Part shown: positions 1-8,911 of the stretch, one piece after another | Layout: every line of letters begins with the position of its first letter | Numbering within the stretch: position 1 is the stretch's first letter | NCBI GenBank assembly: GCA_016187515.1 | Contig: JACPJN010000006.1 | Coordinates: 128,856-192,855, forward strand | Source: Candidatus Uhrbacteria bacterium | Lineage (GTDB): Bacteria; Patescibacteriota; Patescibacteriia; GWA2-47-26 | Direction: 5' to 3' | Length of the DNA stretch: 64,000 nucleotides | Translations under genes and position numbers: made by a program | The notes under the pieces: model-generated | What the model saw: only the letters and a program-made list of their open reading frames with translations | Told to the model about the DNA's origin: nothing | Database searches by the model: none

Positions 1-184
1 CCAAGATGATGAGCACGTGGGCGATCTGCGCGGTGCCGATGGAGATCACCACCTTGTCTGCGGCGTGATGCCTTGCGATGAAGGCGTTGACTGCCGCCTT
101 GTCGTTGCCCAGCGGCACACCGCGCACCTTGCGCTTGTCGTCGGTTGCGTCGCCGATGTACCCGGAGTAGGTCGGATCCAACAT
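1..184 (-). CDS. hypothetical protein (partial; continues past window start)
   Basis: ATG at 184-182 on the minus strand is preceded by a GGAGGAA Shine-Dalgarno-like motif. Hand translation MLDPTYSGYIGDATDDKRKVRGVPLGNDKAAVNAF... runs to position 1 without a stop. Absent from the ORF track because it is incomplete. No family recognised. Confidence 0.3.
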   Translation of the reverse strand, partial: MLDPTYSGYIGDATDDKRKVRGVPLGNDKAAVNAFIARHHAADKVVISIGTAQIAHVLIIL

Positions 185-436
185 CTGAAGTTCCTCCTTG
201 CTCTTTCTGTTTTACCGTGCTTTTTACACGGCCAATCAAGGAAAGAGAACTTGATTGGGATTATATTCCTTTTATCATACTTTTGCCCTTTTGTCAAGAG
301 GTGGGGTATACTAGGGAAATTGCGCACCTGCTGTCATCCCGAGCGCAGCGAGGGATCTCTTCACCAAGCCATCATCATAGATCATGGTGTAGAGATTTCT
401 CCCCCGCCAAGGCGGTGTCGAAATGACAATTACTTT

Positions 437-1615
437 ATGGAAGAAAAACTTTATTACCAAGCCCTGGCGCGATTTGATAAAATCGGGCCGGTCAGGTTGC
501 GGACGCTCCTTAAGACGTTTCCCACGGTGCAGCACATTTGGGAAGCAAGCGCGCAGGAACTTGCCCACACCGGACTTGGCGAACAAGTCGCGGCGGAGTT
601 TGCGCTTTGGCGACGCGACCAAAATCTTGAAAAACAGTGGGAGGAGTTGGGGAAAGAAGGGATACAGGTTATTACATGGGACGACCAAAAGTATCCCGCC
701 CTTCTCAAAGAAATCCACGACCCGCCACATACATTGTTTGTGAGAGTTGCACGCCCCATTGTCCCCTCCCCTAGCCCCTCCCACATGGGGAGGGGGATTT
801 CCAATTCGTCCCTCCCCCTTGATGGGGGAGGTCAGGAGGGGGTGTTGCAAAATCCCTTTACCCTCGCCGTGGTCGGCACGCGCATGGCCACCACTTATGG
901 AAGACAGATCGTGGAACAGATTGTCCGGCCGCTGGCGCGCGCGGGACTTACTATTGTTTCCGGTCTGGCGCTGGGCATTGATGCGCTGGCGCATTGGGCT
1001 ACCTTGAATGAACAAGGTACCACGATCGCGGTGCTCGGTGGCGGATGCGACAGCGCGACAATCTACCCGACTTCCAATCGCGCGCTGGCCGAGCGCATCG
1101 TTGAGTCCGGGAGCGCGCTGATCTCCGAATATCCTCCAAAAACGCTTGCCATGCCATTTCATTTTCCGCACCGCAACCGCATTATTGCCGGAATGAGCCG
1201 CGGCACTTTTGTTATTGAGGCGGCCGAGGACTCCGGCTCGCTGATTACCGCTAAACACGCCCTCGAGCAGAATCGCGAAGTGTTTACGGTCCCGGGCGAT
1301 ATTACTCGTGACACTAGCAAGGGTCCCAATAACTTGCTTAAAATGGGCGCGCATCCGGTACTTTGCGCCGAGGATATTCTGGACGCGCTTAATCTGCAGG
1401 ATCTCAAAGCCACCGTGGAAGCCAAAAAAATCTTACCGGACGATCCGGTGGAAGAGAAAATTCTGGCGCAGCTAAGTGGCGACGCCATCCACATTGATGA
1501 GCTCATCCGGGAGACCGCGTTTGACGCGGCAAAATTATCCAGTGCCTTGACGCTGATGGAGATGAAGGGTAAAGTACGGCATATCGGAGGGATGAACTAT
1601 GTGCTCGCTCGCTAA
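437..1615 (+). CDS. dprA: DNA processing protein DprA (Smf)
   Basis: Translation MEEKLYYQALARF...LAVVGTRMATTYG...GLALGIDALAHWA...EYPP...NRIIAGMS...VIEAAEDSGSLITA matches the DprA Rossmann core plus C-terminal wHTH. ORF-track frame 17..1615 is trimmed to the first plausible ATG at 437. The upstream 140 codons are low-complexity. Confidence 0.88.
   Translation: MEEKLYYQALARFDKIGPVRLRTLLKTFPTVQHIWEASAQELAHTGLGEQVAAEFALWRRDQNLEKQWEELGKEGIQVITWDDQKYPALLKEIHDPPHTLFVRVARPIVPSPSPSHMGRGISNSSLPLDGGGQEGVLQNPFTLAVVGTRMATTYGRQIVEQIVRPLARAGLTIVSGLALGIDALAHWATLNEQGTTIAVLGGGCDSATIYPTSNRALAERIVESGSALISEYPPKTLAMPFHFPHRNRIIAGMSRGTFVIEAAEDSGSLITAKHALEQNREVFTVPGDITRDTSKGPNNLLKMGAHPVLCAEDILDALNLQDLKATVEAKKILPDDPVEEKILAQLSGDAIHIDELIRETAFDAAKLSSALTLMEMKGKVRHIGGMNYVLAR
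763..845. repeat. GC-rich palindromic element (CCCCTCCC...GGGGAGGGGG) inserted in-frame in dprA
   Basis: cccctcccctagcccctcccacatggggagggggatttccaattcgtccctcccccttgatgggggaggtcaggaggggg carries inverted CCCCTCCC/GGGGAGGG arms. It encodes the extra peptide PSPSPSHMGRGISNSSLPLDGGGQEGV inside DprA. It belongs to the same family as the copies at 8575, 11795, 12771, 19536, 24487, 35622, 37091, 55963, 57083, 58141, 62404 and 62860. Confidence 0.7.
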
Positions 1616-1619
1616 CACT

Positions 1620-2101
1620 CTGTGTACGAATTACGAATCTTGTTCGAACATTACGAATATGTCGGAAGGAAAGGTGAGAAATGAAAAGTTGGTTTTACCT
1701 GAGTTAAGTTATTCGATCATGGGTGCGATATTTGAAGTCAGCAATGAACTGGGCACAGGATATCAGGAAAAATACTACTATCGGGCAGTCAAGTCTGCAC
1801 TTGAAAAACGGGGACTTCAGGTAAAAACTCAAGTCTATTTGCCGATTGAGTTTCGGGATGCAAAAATCGGGAACTATTTCCTTGATTTCTTGATTGAAGG
1901 AAAGATTGTGCTGGAATTAAAAATAGGAAAAAGATTCAAAAAGTCCGACTTTGATCAGATACAAGCCTATCTGAGGGCAACCAACACACCATTAGGTATA
2001 ATCGTGCGTCTTGATAAAGATGGTGAGGTGGTGTATCATCGGGTACTTCCACCTAACAAAGATTCGTAGTATTCGTAAAGCGATTCGTAATTCGTACACA
2101 G
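1620..2101 (+). mobile_element. Inverted-repeat-bounded insertion carrying a GxxExxY gene, sitting exactly between the dprA stop and the topA start
   Basis: Perfect 20-bp inverted repeats: ctgtgtacgaattacgaatc at 1620-1639 and gattcgtaattcgtacacag at 2082-2101. The left repeat begins 5 nt after the dprA stop and the right repeat ends 1 nt before the topA ATG. Internal reiterations of the attcgta word occur next to both ends. Confidence 0.5.
1659..2069 (+). CDS. GxxExxY family protein (PD-(D/E)XK-like; this family is also found in 23S rRNA intervening sequences)
   Basis: Translation MSEGKVRNEKLVLPELSYSIMGAIFEVSNELGTGYQEKYYYRAV... contains the signature G-Y-Q-E-K-Y (GxxExxY) near the N-terminus. 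Size is about 135 aa. Start chosen at ATG 1659, in the ORF-track frame 1599..2069. Confidence 0.7.
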   Translation: MSEGKVRNEKLVLPELSYSIMGAIFEVSNELGTGYQEKYYYRAVKSALEKRGLQVKTQVYLPIEFRDAKIGNYFLDFLIEGKIVLELKIGKRFKKSDFDQIQAYLRATNTPLGIIVRLDKDGEVVYHRVLPPNKDS

Positions 2102-2102
2102 T

Positions 2103-4301
2103 ATGAAGCTGATTATTGTAGAGTCGCCCACAAAGGCGAAAACATTGTCTAGATTCCTCGGGCCTGACTTCACGGTCAAATCCTCCATGGGCCATATTCG
2201 GGATCTGCCCAAAAGCAACAAAGACGCCGTGGATATCGCGGCCGGCTTTGTGCCGCGCTACCAGATCTTAAAAGAAAAGCAAAGGGTTATCGGGGAGCTG
2301 CGCGAGGCCGTAAAAAAGGCGGATGAAGTTATTCTCGCGCCCGACCCGGATCGCGAAGGCGAGGCGATCGCTTGGCATTTGAAGGAAACCATTGGCCTGA
2401 AAAACCCAAAGCGCAGTGTTTTTCATGAAATAACCCAGCGCGCCGTCTCTGAAGCGCTGGCTCATCCGCGCACGATTGATGAAAAGTTAGTCAGCGCCCA
2501 AGAGGCGCGGCGCGTGCTGGATCGCCTTTTCGGGTATGATCTTTCCGGTCTGATTTGGAAAAAAGTGCGCTATGGACTTTCGGCCGGGCGGGTGCAATCT
2601 CCGGCTTTGCGCATCCTGATGGAGCGCGAGCGGGAGATCCGCGCCTTTGTACCGGAAAAATTCTGGGTCGTCAGCGCCAATCTCAAAACCACCAAAGGAG
2701 TATCCTTTACGGCTACTTGCGTGGAGGAACCAAAAACCGGTGAGGAAGCGGAGGCCATCGTGAAGGCGGCGCGCGCCGGCGCTTGGAGTGTTAAAGACGT
2801 GGAGGAGTCGCAGCAAAATCGCGCCGCGCGTCCGCCCTTTACTACTTCAACTTTACAGCAAACCGCGTCCACCCGCCTTGGATTTTCTCCGGCGCGCACC
2901 ATGCGCCTGGCGCAAAAACTCTACGAGGCCGGACAGATTACCTACATGCGCACCGACAGCGTACATCTGGCGGAGGAGGCGCAGAAAAATTTTATTGCGG
3001 TGATTAAAAAAGAATTCGGCGACAATTATGTTTCGCCGCAGCAATATATTACCAAGAGCAAGTCCGCCCAAGAAGCGCACGAAGCGATTCGTCCGACTGA
3101 TGGCGCAGTCCGCGCCTGTGGGTCAAATGCAGACGAGAAAAAATTGTACGCGCTGATCCGCGCTCGCGCGCTCGCTAGCCAAATGTCGGACGCTAGAGTG
3201 GCGCGCGCGAAAATAATCGCAAACGTTTCAAACGCGGCTATTCCGGACTTTTCAGCAAACGGTTCGCGGGTGATATTTGACGGCTGGCTTAAGGCCGACC
3301 CGGATGCCAAGGGCGTTGATGTCGAGCTTCCCAAAACCGCAAAGGGAGCAGCGCTCACGCTTATGGAGGCCAACTCCGAACCAAAAGAAACCCAGCCGCC
3401 CAACCGTTATACCGAGGCGGGACTGGTTAAAGAACTGGAAAAACGGGACATTGGACGGCCGTCAACCTATGCCTCCATCCTAAAAACGCTCGGGGACCGC
3501 GGCTATGTGGAAAAACAAAATCGCACGCTGCTGCCGACCGCGACCGGCGACGTAGTCAGTTCGTTTATTGAAGAAAATTTCGGCGACTACATCTCGGACA
3601 CCTTTACCGCGGAAATGGAAAACGAACTGGACGAAATTGCTGAAGGCAAGCGTGAATATGTAAAGACCCTAAAAGAATTTTACACTCCCTTCACCGCGGC
3701 GGTAAAGTCAAAATCCAAGATTCCAAAAATCACCAGCATGGGAGACGCGCCGAAAGAATTTCCCTGTCCGATCTGCGGCGGCCTGATGGAATACAAACTT
3801 TCGCGTACCGGACGTTTTATGAGCTGCAAACGCTTTCCGGAGTGTTTAGGCGCGCGGAAAGAAGACGGCGTAGAGATCGCGCCGCCAAAAGAGACCGGCG
3901 AGAGCTGTCCGGAGTGTAAAGCTGGCCAACTCATTGAACGCGAAGGACGTTTTGGACGCTTCATTGCTTGCGGCAATTATCCTAAATGCAAGTACATTAA
4001 AAAAGATCCGGCGGAAGAAGCCAAAACAAAAACCGGGGTGGCCTGTCCGGTGTGCAAAAAAGGCGAGCTGGTCGAGCGGCGCGGCAAATTCGGGCCGTTC
4101 TATTCCTGCTCCAATTATCCGGATTGCAAACACGCGATCAAAGCAAAACCAACCGGACGCCTCTGCACTCTGTGCGGCGCGCTTATGATGGAGGGAACCA
4201 AAACCATTCCGGAGCGATGCAGTAATAAGCAGTGTTCAATGCATAATCCCCTTAAACACAAGACGGCCCCAGTACCAAAGCCCGAAGAACATCTAGTGTA
4301 A
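2103..4301 (+). CDS. topA: DNA topoisomerase I
   Basis: The Toprim N-terminus MKLIIVESPTKAKTLSRFLG...DLP is typical, and the active-site region YMRTDS is present. The C-terminal zinc ribbons (CPICGG..CKRFPEC, CPECKAG..CGNYPKC, CPVCKKG..CSNYPDC) are typical of bacterial TopA. It sits in the conserved position downstream of dprA. Confidence 0.95.
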   Translation: MKLIIVESPTKAKTLSRFLGPDFTVKSSMGHIRDLPKSNKDAVDIAAGFVPRYQILKEKQRVIGELREAVKKADEVILAPDPDREGEAIAWHLKETIGLKNPKRSVFHEITQRAVSEALAHPRTIDEKLVSAQEARRVLDRLFGYDLSGLIWKKVRYGLSAGRVQSPALRILMEREREIRAFVPEKFWVVSANLKTTKGVSFTATCVEEPKTGEEAEAIVKAARAGAWSVKDVEESQQNRAARPPFTTSTLQQTASTRLGFSPARTMRLAQKLYEAGQITYMRTDSVHLAEEAQKNFIAVIKKEFGDNYVSPQQYITKSKSAQEAHEAIRPTDGAVRACGSNADEKKLYALIRARALASQMSDARVARAKIIANVSNAAIPDFSANGSRVIFDGWLKADPDAKGVDVELPKTAKGAALTLMEANSEPKETQPPNRYTEAGLVKELEKRDIGRPSTYASILKTLGDRGYVEKQNRTLLPTATGDVVSSFIEENFGDYISDTFTAEMENELDEIAEGKREYVKTLKEFYTPFTAAVKSKSKIPKITSMGDAPKEFPCPICGGLMEYKLSRTGRFMSCKRFPECLGARKEDGVEIAPPKETGESCPECKAGQLIEREGRFGRFIACGNYPKCKYIKKDPAEEAKTKTGVACPVCKKGELVERRGKFGPFYSCSNYPDCKHAIKAKPTGRLCTLCGALMMEGTKTIPERCSNKQCSMHNPLKHKTAPVPKPEEHLV

Positions 4302-4381
4302 TTGTTGGCCATACGCTCGGATGTCGCCTACGGCTTCAATCTTTTTTAGATAACGTTCTGCGCTCGGCTTGGTACGGGACA

Positions 4382-4414
4382 CGTCATTTGGTTTGCTTCG
4401 CAAACCAAATGACG
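4382..4414. other. Perfect 15-bp stem hairpin (cgtcatttggtttgc ttc gcaaaccaaatgacg) in the topA-downstream spacer
   Basis: Read directly from the sequence. There is no flanking U-tract, so it may be an RNA processing or termination structure or a protein-binding palindrome. Confidence 0.5.
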
Positions 4415-4657
4415 GCCGGACACGCTAGCCCCTAAAACCAATGGTAATAAGAAGGCGCGCGCCGACCGCCGAGACCAGTATATCCGGCCTTCCCCCACTT
4501 GACAAGTTTTTAGTCAAGTTGTATGATGGGTTTGGTAATAGGAAGTTCCCCAAAAACCTGAAACACCCCATGATGTTAGCCATCGGGGGTGTTTCGTTTT
4601 TAAAAAAAGGGGTCCTCGTGCGCCGCGCGAGTGTATCGCACAGACACTGGAGAACCC

Positions 4658-5209
4658 TTACTTCTCGGCTGAAGAGACGCAGTTCAGCACACCCCGCCAG
4701 GTGGATTCCTGAAAGACCCCATCGGAAATCCCGCCCCACCGCGCAAGCGCTTCCTCTTCAGGACGAAACAGAATCCGTACCGGAACGACGTTGCGCATGT
4801 AATAGAGCACGTCCGGTCGGTCGTCAACGAAGTGCGTGAGCCGGAGCGACTGCGCAATCTTTGCCTTCGCCTCAAACGTGCGGCAAAAGATCGCGTGATC
4901 TTGGAGCACATCGGTCGCTCTATAGAAGCCGCGATCAATGAGCCACATCCGCACCTTTTTCTCGGTCATCTGACTGCACGCCGAGACAAGGTAGATGTTT
5001 TCCGCTCCAAAGCGTTGGACAAGGCGGGCGATTGCCCGAAACGCTCCGGGTACCGCCGGAATTCCAAAGAAGCTTTCCTTACGACGCACACCCGTTACCG
5101 ACCGAAGCATATCTTCGCGGTTCCCGTCAATGATAACCCCACCAATGTCAATCCCGGATCTCCTGCGCCTGCGCTCATGCCGCCGATATCTAACCCTAGG
5201 CCGGATCAC
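4658..5209 (-). CDS. HAD-superfamily-like hydrolase (nucleotidase-like), tentative
   Basis: GIDIGGVIIDG is a motif-I-like segment. IYLVSACSQ is motif-II-like, followed by K and then HFVDDRPDVL (motif-IV-like DD). It overlaps the upstream gene by 4 nt (ATGA), which suggests an operon. Higher GC than the flanking DNA. Confidence 0.4.
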   Translation of the reverse strand: MIRPRVRYRRHERRRRRSGIDIGGVIIDGNREDMLRSVTGVRRKESFFGIPAVPGAFRAIARLVQRFGAENIYLVSACSQMTEKKVRMWLIDRGFYRATDVLQDHAIFCRTFEAKAKIAQSLRLTHFVDDRPDVLYYMRNVVPVRILFRPEEEALARWGGISDGVFQESTWRGVLNCVSSAEK

Positions 5210-6129
5210 GTCCCACCTCTGGGCGAACCCTTAATCCTCTCCAGGCAGAGCTTGATGCCCGCCGGGCTTTTCGCGCACACTACGAACTGCGTACCGTCCA
5301 TCGGCAAACTCTCGCCAACCGAGGAAAGCGTGATACCGGCCAGTGCACCGCCGAGCTCTCGACTGATAAACTCCTCAATCGCGTCATCCCGGTCAATGAA
5401 AATAACCGACATTCCCGCCTGAAGCGCGGTCATCCCCATCACTAGGTTATTTTCAAGCACCACACACCGGTCCACCGCGGATTGCAACTTCTTCGCAATC
5501 GCGATCCAGAAATCCGGGTGCGATTTGGGCGGTCCCACCTGTTCGCTGATAAACACACGAACAAACAGATTCATTGGTGCGTTTTGTTCGCGCAGCAGCT
5601 GCTGCGCGAACTCCGAGGAACGCGCTGTGGTCAGGCACAACATCCACCGCCCATCCTCATCAACCAGCCATTGGACCAGTTCCCTCATCTGCGGCGTCAG
5701 GATATAGGGTGGACGAGGCGCATCTCGCCGCAACTTCCGAACCTGGCGCGCAAGCCGCCGACGGCCCCCTAGATCCAGACTGTTCACAAATGCCGGAGCC
5801 ACTTTCCGAAGTAGACGAAGATTGACTCGCTCCTGGAATTTCTTTTCCGTAACAACCTTGCCACCTTCAATTTTGGAGGTGCTAAGCTCAAGACGCATCC
5901 TCAAATCCCAGAATCCATAAGGGTCCAAAAGGGCTTCCTTGATCTGGGGTGGAAGCGCCCCGGCTTGCGCAAGAGCCGTACGAATCATCCATACCCACTG
6001 CTGCTTCCCCGCGAGCGCAATTTCACGCTCCTGCTTCCCTTCAAGTGTAAGGAACACACCGTGCACGTCCATGAAAAGGACGTCACGGCGCTGCTGCTGC
6101 GACATGGCGTCCTCCTTTCTTTCCCACAA
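5206..6129 (-). CDS. hypothetical protein, possible HAD-like fold
   Basis: FMDVHGVF (a DxHG variant of HAD motif I) and a C-terminal VIFIDRDD segment. Otherwise no recognisable family. Translationally coupled to 4658..5209. Confidence 0.35.
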   Translation of the reverse strand: MWERKEDAMSQQQRRDVLFMDVHGVFLTLEGKQEREIALAGKQQWVWMIRTALAQAGALPPQIKEALLDPYGFWDLRMRLELSTSKIEGGKVVTEKKFQERVNLRLLRKVAPAFVNSLDLGGRRRLARQVRKLRRDAPRPPYILTPQMRELVQWLVDEDGRWMLCLTTARSSEFAQQLLREQNAPMNLFVRVFISEQVGPPKSHPDFWIAIAKKLQSAVDRCVVLENNLVMGMTALQAGMSVIFIDRDDAIEEFISRELGGALAGITLSSVGESLPMDGTQFVVCAKSPAGIKLCLERIKGSPRGGT

Positions 6130-6175
6130 AATATGGGATACTCTGTACGTGTAAACTCACCATATCTGATCTGGA

Positions 6176-6215
6176 GAGAATTGTCAAGCACTCTTGAATT
6201 TATAGAAATCCTGTG
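6176..6215 (+). promoter_or_regulatory. candidate sigma70-like promoter for rsh (TTGTCA ... TATAGAAAT / TATTCT)
   Basis: ttgtcaagcactcttgaatttatagaaatcctgtggtattct lies upstream of the 6252 start. The TTGTCAAG word recurs upstream of several genes (16845, 27093, 42143, 59357). Confidence 0.3.
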
Positions 6216-6251
6216 GTATTCTCCAATTATTAAGATCTTAGCGATAACTCT

Positions 6252-7763
6252 ATGTACACTGCGGCCGAGGAAATGCTCCGCGATGTCAAAAAACTGCTTA
6301 AAGAAAACCATCCCAACGCTAACCTAGAGACCGTTGAGCGTGCCTACGAATTTGCCAAGGAAGCGCACGCGGGGCAATTCCGGACCAGTGGAGGACCCCA
6401 TATTGATCACGCCATGGGAACGGGAAAACTGCTCGCCAGCTGGCGCATGCCTGACCATATCGTGGTGGCCGGAATACTCCACGATATTACGGAAGACACG
6501 CCCTACACCTTAAAAGATCTGGAGACGCGGTTTGGGAGAGATGTGGCCGATATCGTGGAAGGAGAAACAAAAATCAGCGCGCTCAAATATCGTGGGCGAG
6601 AGCGGTACGCGGAAAATTTGAGGAAGATGTTTCTAGCCATCGCCCAAGATGTACGCGTAGTAATTGTGAAGTGCGCGGATCGGATTGATAACCTCAAAAC
6701 GCTGAATTTCTTCCCGGAGAATAAGCAAAAACGCATCGCGTTTGAAACCATGGAAATCTACGCGCCGATTGCGAGCCGCTTGGGGATGGGGTTGATTCGC
6801 GGCGAACTGGAAGATCTCTCTTTTAAATATATTTATCCGGAGGAATATGAATGGGCGCTGGGACTCTTAGTGGAGCGCGTGCCGAAGAAAGAAGAGTACC
6901 TTGACCACCTCAAGGGAATCATCGCGGATGATCTCAAAAAAAACCAAGTAAACCCGATCTCTATCCATGGCCGCGTCAAGCACCTATACAGTTTATACAA
7001 AAAGCTCCTCAAACGCGATCGAGATATTGAGAAAATCTACGATTTGGTGGCTCTGCGCCTCATCGTACCAGCGGTACAGGACTGTTATACCGTGCTCGGG
7101 GTAATCCACCAACGGTGGACCCCGCTCAAAGGCCGCATCAAGGACTACATCGCGCAGCCCAAACCCAACGGCTATCAGTCGCTGCACACCACGGTCTTTT
7201 GCGAAGACGGAGAAATTGTAGAATTCCAAATCCGCACCCAAGAAATGCACGAGGAAGCCGAATTTGGTATCGCGGCCCATTGGTTCTATGCCGAGCGCGG
7301 TAAAACTTCGGAAAACGCGCAAAAAATCAATCACCACCTAAAATGGCTAAAGGAGCTGGTGGAAATACAAAAAAATATCCAAGATCACACCAACTTTCTT
7401 AAAGCCCTGGAGTCCCTCAAAATTGATTTCTTCCGCGACCGCATCTTTGTGTTTACTCCCAAAGGAGACGTTATTGATCTGCCGGAGGGCGCCACCCCGA
7501 TCGATTATGCCTACGCCATCCATACCGAGGTTGGCAACCATTGTTCCGGAGCGACGATCAATGAGCAAGCCGTTTCGCTCAAAACTACCCTGCAATCCGG
7601 CGATGTGGTTGAAATTACCACTGATAAAAACCGCAAAGGTCCTGCGGCGGACTGGTTGGAATTAGTCAAGACCGCGCATGCGCGCAGTAAAATAAAAGAG
7701 AATCTTAAAAAAACCCGGCTCGCCGGGTGGGCCAGAATTAGAGATCTGGCTAGAAAACACTAG
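6252..7763 (+). CDS. rsh: bifunctional (p)ppGpp synthetase/hydrolase, RelA/SpoT homolog (short form, no ACT domain)
   Basis: The HD hydrolase domain is present (HIDHAMGTGKLLAS...ILHDITEDT). So is the synthetase domain (VHGRVKHLYSLYKKL...YQSLHTTVF...EFQIRTQEMHEEAEFGIAAHWFY) and a TGS-like C-terminus. Length is 503 aa. Confidence 0.9.
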   Translation: MYTAAEEMLRDVKKLLKENHPNANLETVERAYEFAKEAHAGQFRTSGGPHIDHAMGTGKLLASWRMPDHIVVAGILHDITEDTPYTLKDLETRFGRDVADIVEGETKISALKYRGRERYAENLRKMFLAIAQDVRVVIVKCADRIDNLKTLNFFPENKQKRIAFETMEIYAPIASRLGMGLIRGELEDLSFKYIYPEEYEWALGLLVERVPKKEEYLDHLKGIIADDLKKNQVNPISIHGRVKHLYSLYKKLLKRDRDIEKIYDLVALRLIVPAVQDCYTVLGVIHQRWTPLKGRIKDYIAQPKPNGYQSLHTTVFCEDGEIVEFQIRTQEMHEEAEFGIAAHWFYAERGKTSENAQKINHHLKWLKELVEIQKNIQDHTNFLKALESLKIDFFRDRIFVFTPKGDVIDLPEGATPIDYAYAIHTEVGNHCSGATINEQAVSLKTTLQSGDVVEITTDKNRKGPAADWLELVKTAHARSKIKENLKKTRLAGWARIRDLARKH

Positions 7764-7770
7764 GATTTAT

Positions 7771-8766
7771 TTAAGAATCCTCTCCGGCAAGTTTTCCAAG
7801 GATCTCCGCGTAATCCTCGTCCGAGTAAAAATTCATGGTAATGCGGCCGCGTCCTCCCCGTTTTTCGATTTGCACTTTGGTGTTGAACTTTTCGCGCAAG
7901 CGCGCCTCATCCGCGGCAACCGCCGGATCTTTGATTCCGACCCGTTTTTTTCTTACCTGCGGAGCCGCGAGCGTTTCCGCGGCTTTCACCGTCAACCCCT
8001 GCTCCAGAATGGTCCGGAATATCTCCTCCCGCACTTTGGGATTATCCAAGGTGAGCAACAGTCGAGCATGGCCGATCGAAAGGCGCCCGGAACCGATCGC
8101 TTTTTGCATCTCGCTTGAGAGTTCAAGCAAACGCAGCGTATTGGAAATTGTCTCGCGGCTTTTACCCATTTTTTTAGCGGCTTCCTCTTGAGTCAGACCA
8201 AACGCCTCAATCAATTCGCGGTACCCTTCGGCCTCTTCAATGGGATTCAAATCCTGACGCTGGAGATTTTCGATCAGCGAAAGTTCCAAGCGCTCCAGAT
8301 CATCAGCATGGCGCACGAGGACCGGAACTGCCGCAAAATTAAGATTGCGCGCCGCGCGCAGACGGCGCTCGCCGGCAATCAGCTCAAAACGCCCATCGTT
8401 TTTTTCCGTAACAATCAACGGCTCCAGAATTCCGTGTTTTTCAATGGAGGCCTGGAGCTCGGCCAGTTTTTCCGGATCGAAAAAAGTCCGCGGCTGGGCC
8501 GGATTGGAATCCACTAAATCCGGAGCGACCGTAAGCACGCGCAAAACATCTCCTTCCTTCGCATCATGGGGAGGCAATACCGGACCCCCTCTAACTCCCC
8601 TGCCCAACAATTTCCCCCCCTGCCCGCCGCCTCTGGCGAGCCTCGCCTCTGGCGGGAGGGGGGGTTCGGGGGGGTGGGAGGGAGGGGTGGGAGCGGGGGG
8701 GTGGGAGATGGGGGTGGGCACACCGCCCGGAATCAATGATCCTAAACCTTTACCAAAAGTATCCAT
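7771..8766 (-). CDS. parB: chromosome partitioning protein ParB/Spo0J
   Basis: The ParB box is present (ELIAGERRLRAARNL), with HTH GYRELIEAFGLTQEEAAKKMGKSRETISNTLRLL. ORF-track 7771..8838 is trimmed to MDTFGKG at 8766. The N-terminal region contains a roughly 140-bp in-frame GC-rich palindromic insert (8575-8720) encoding a Pro/Gly-rich linker. Confidence 0.88.
   Translation of the reverse strand: MDTFGKGLGSLIPGGVPTPISHPPAPTPPSHPPEPPLPPEARLARGGGQGGKLLGRGVRGGPVLPPHDAKEGDVLRVLTVAPDLVDSNPAQPRTFFDPEKLAELQASIEKHGILEPLIVTEKNDGRFELIAGERRLRAARNLNFAAVPVLVRHADDLERLELSLIENLQRQDLNPIEEAEGYRELIEAFGLTQEEAAKKMGKSRETISNTLRLLELSSEMQKAIGSGRLSIGHARLLLTLDNPKVREEIFRTILEQGLTVKAAETLAAPQVRKKRVGIKDPAVAADEARLREKFNTKVQIEKRGGRGRITMNFYSDEDYAEILGKLAGEDS
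8575..8720. repeat. GC-rich palindromic element inserted in-frame in parB
   Basis: gaccccctctaactcccctgcccaacaatttcccccc...gggagggggggttcgggggggtgggagggaggggtgggag. Its 5' end is identical to the elements at 35622 and 62860. Confidence 0.65.
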
Positions 8767-8775
8767 ACGTTTGAA

Positions 8776-8910
8776 AAATTCCAAATTACAAGCACCAAAA
8801 CACAAGGAAATTCCAAGCTCCAAATTACAAATTACCAACGTTTGAAATTTTGATATTGAAATTTAGGATTTATTTGTAATTTGTGATTTGTAATTTGGTA
8901 TTTTGGTAAC
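8776..8910. repeat. Long A/C-rich : G/T-rich low-complexity hairpin (ccaaattacaaatt ... atttgtaatttgg) in the parA-parB spacer
   Basis: The ggaaattccaagc(a/t)ccaa word array is followed by its inverted complement. A related element is embedded in the RNase P RNA at 42365-42500. Confidence 0.55.
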
Positions 8911-8911
8911 A

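Noticed and set aside
17-436. N-terminal 140-codon extension of the dprA ORF (ORF-track 17..1615)
   Set aside because: The extension is low-complexity and Cys/His-rich and has no similarity to DprA N-termini. It overlaps a minus-strand ORF with a good Shine-Dalgarno motif (1..184). A clean ATG at 437 begins the conserved DprA sequence.
4425-4839. Overlapping ORFs 4425..4739 (-) and 4441..4839 (+) in the topA-downstream spacer
   Set aside because: They are mutually exclusive and Arg-rich with low complexity. The region looks like a non-coding spacer containing a strong hairpin.
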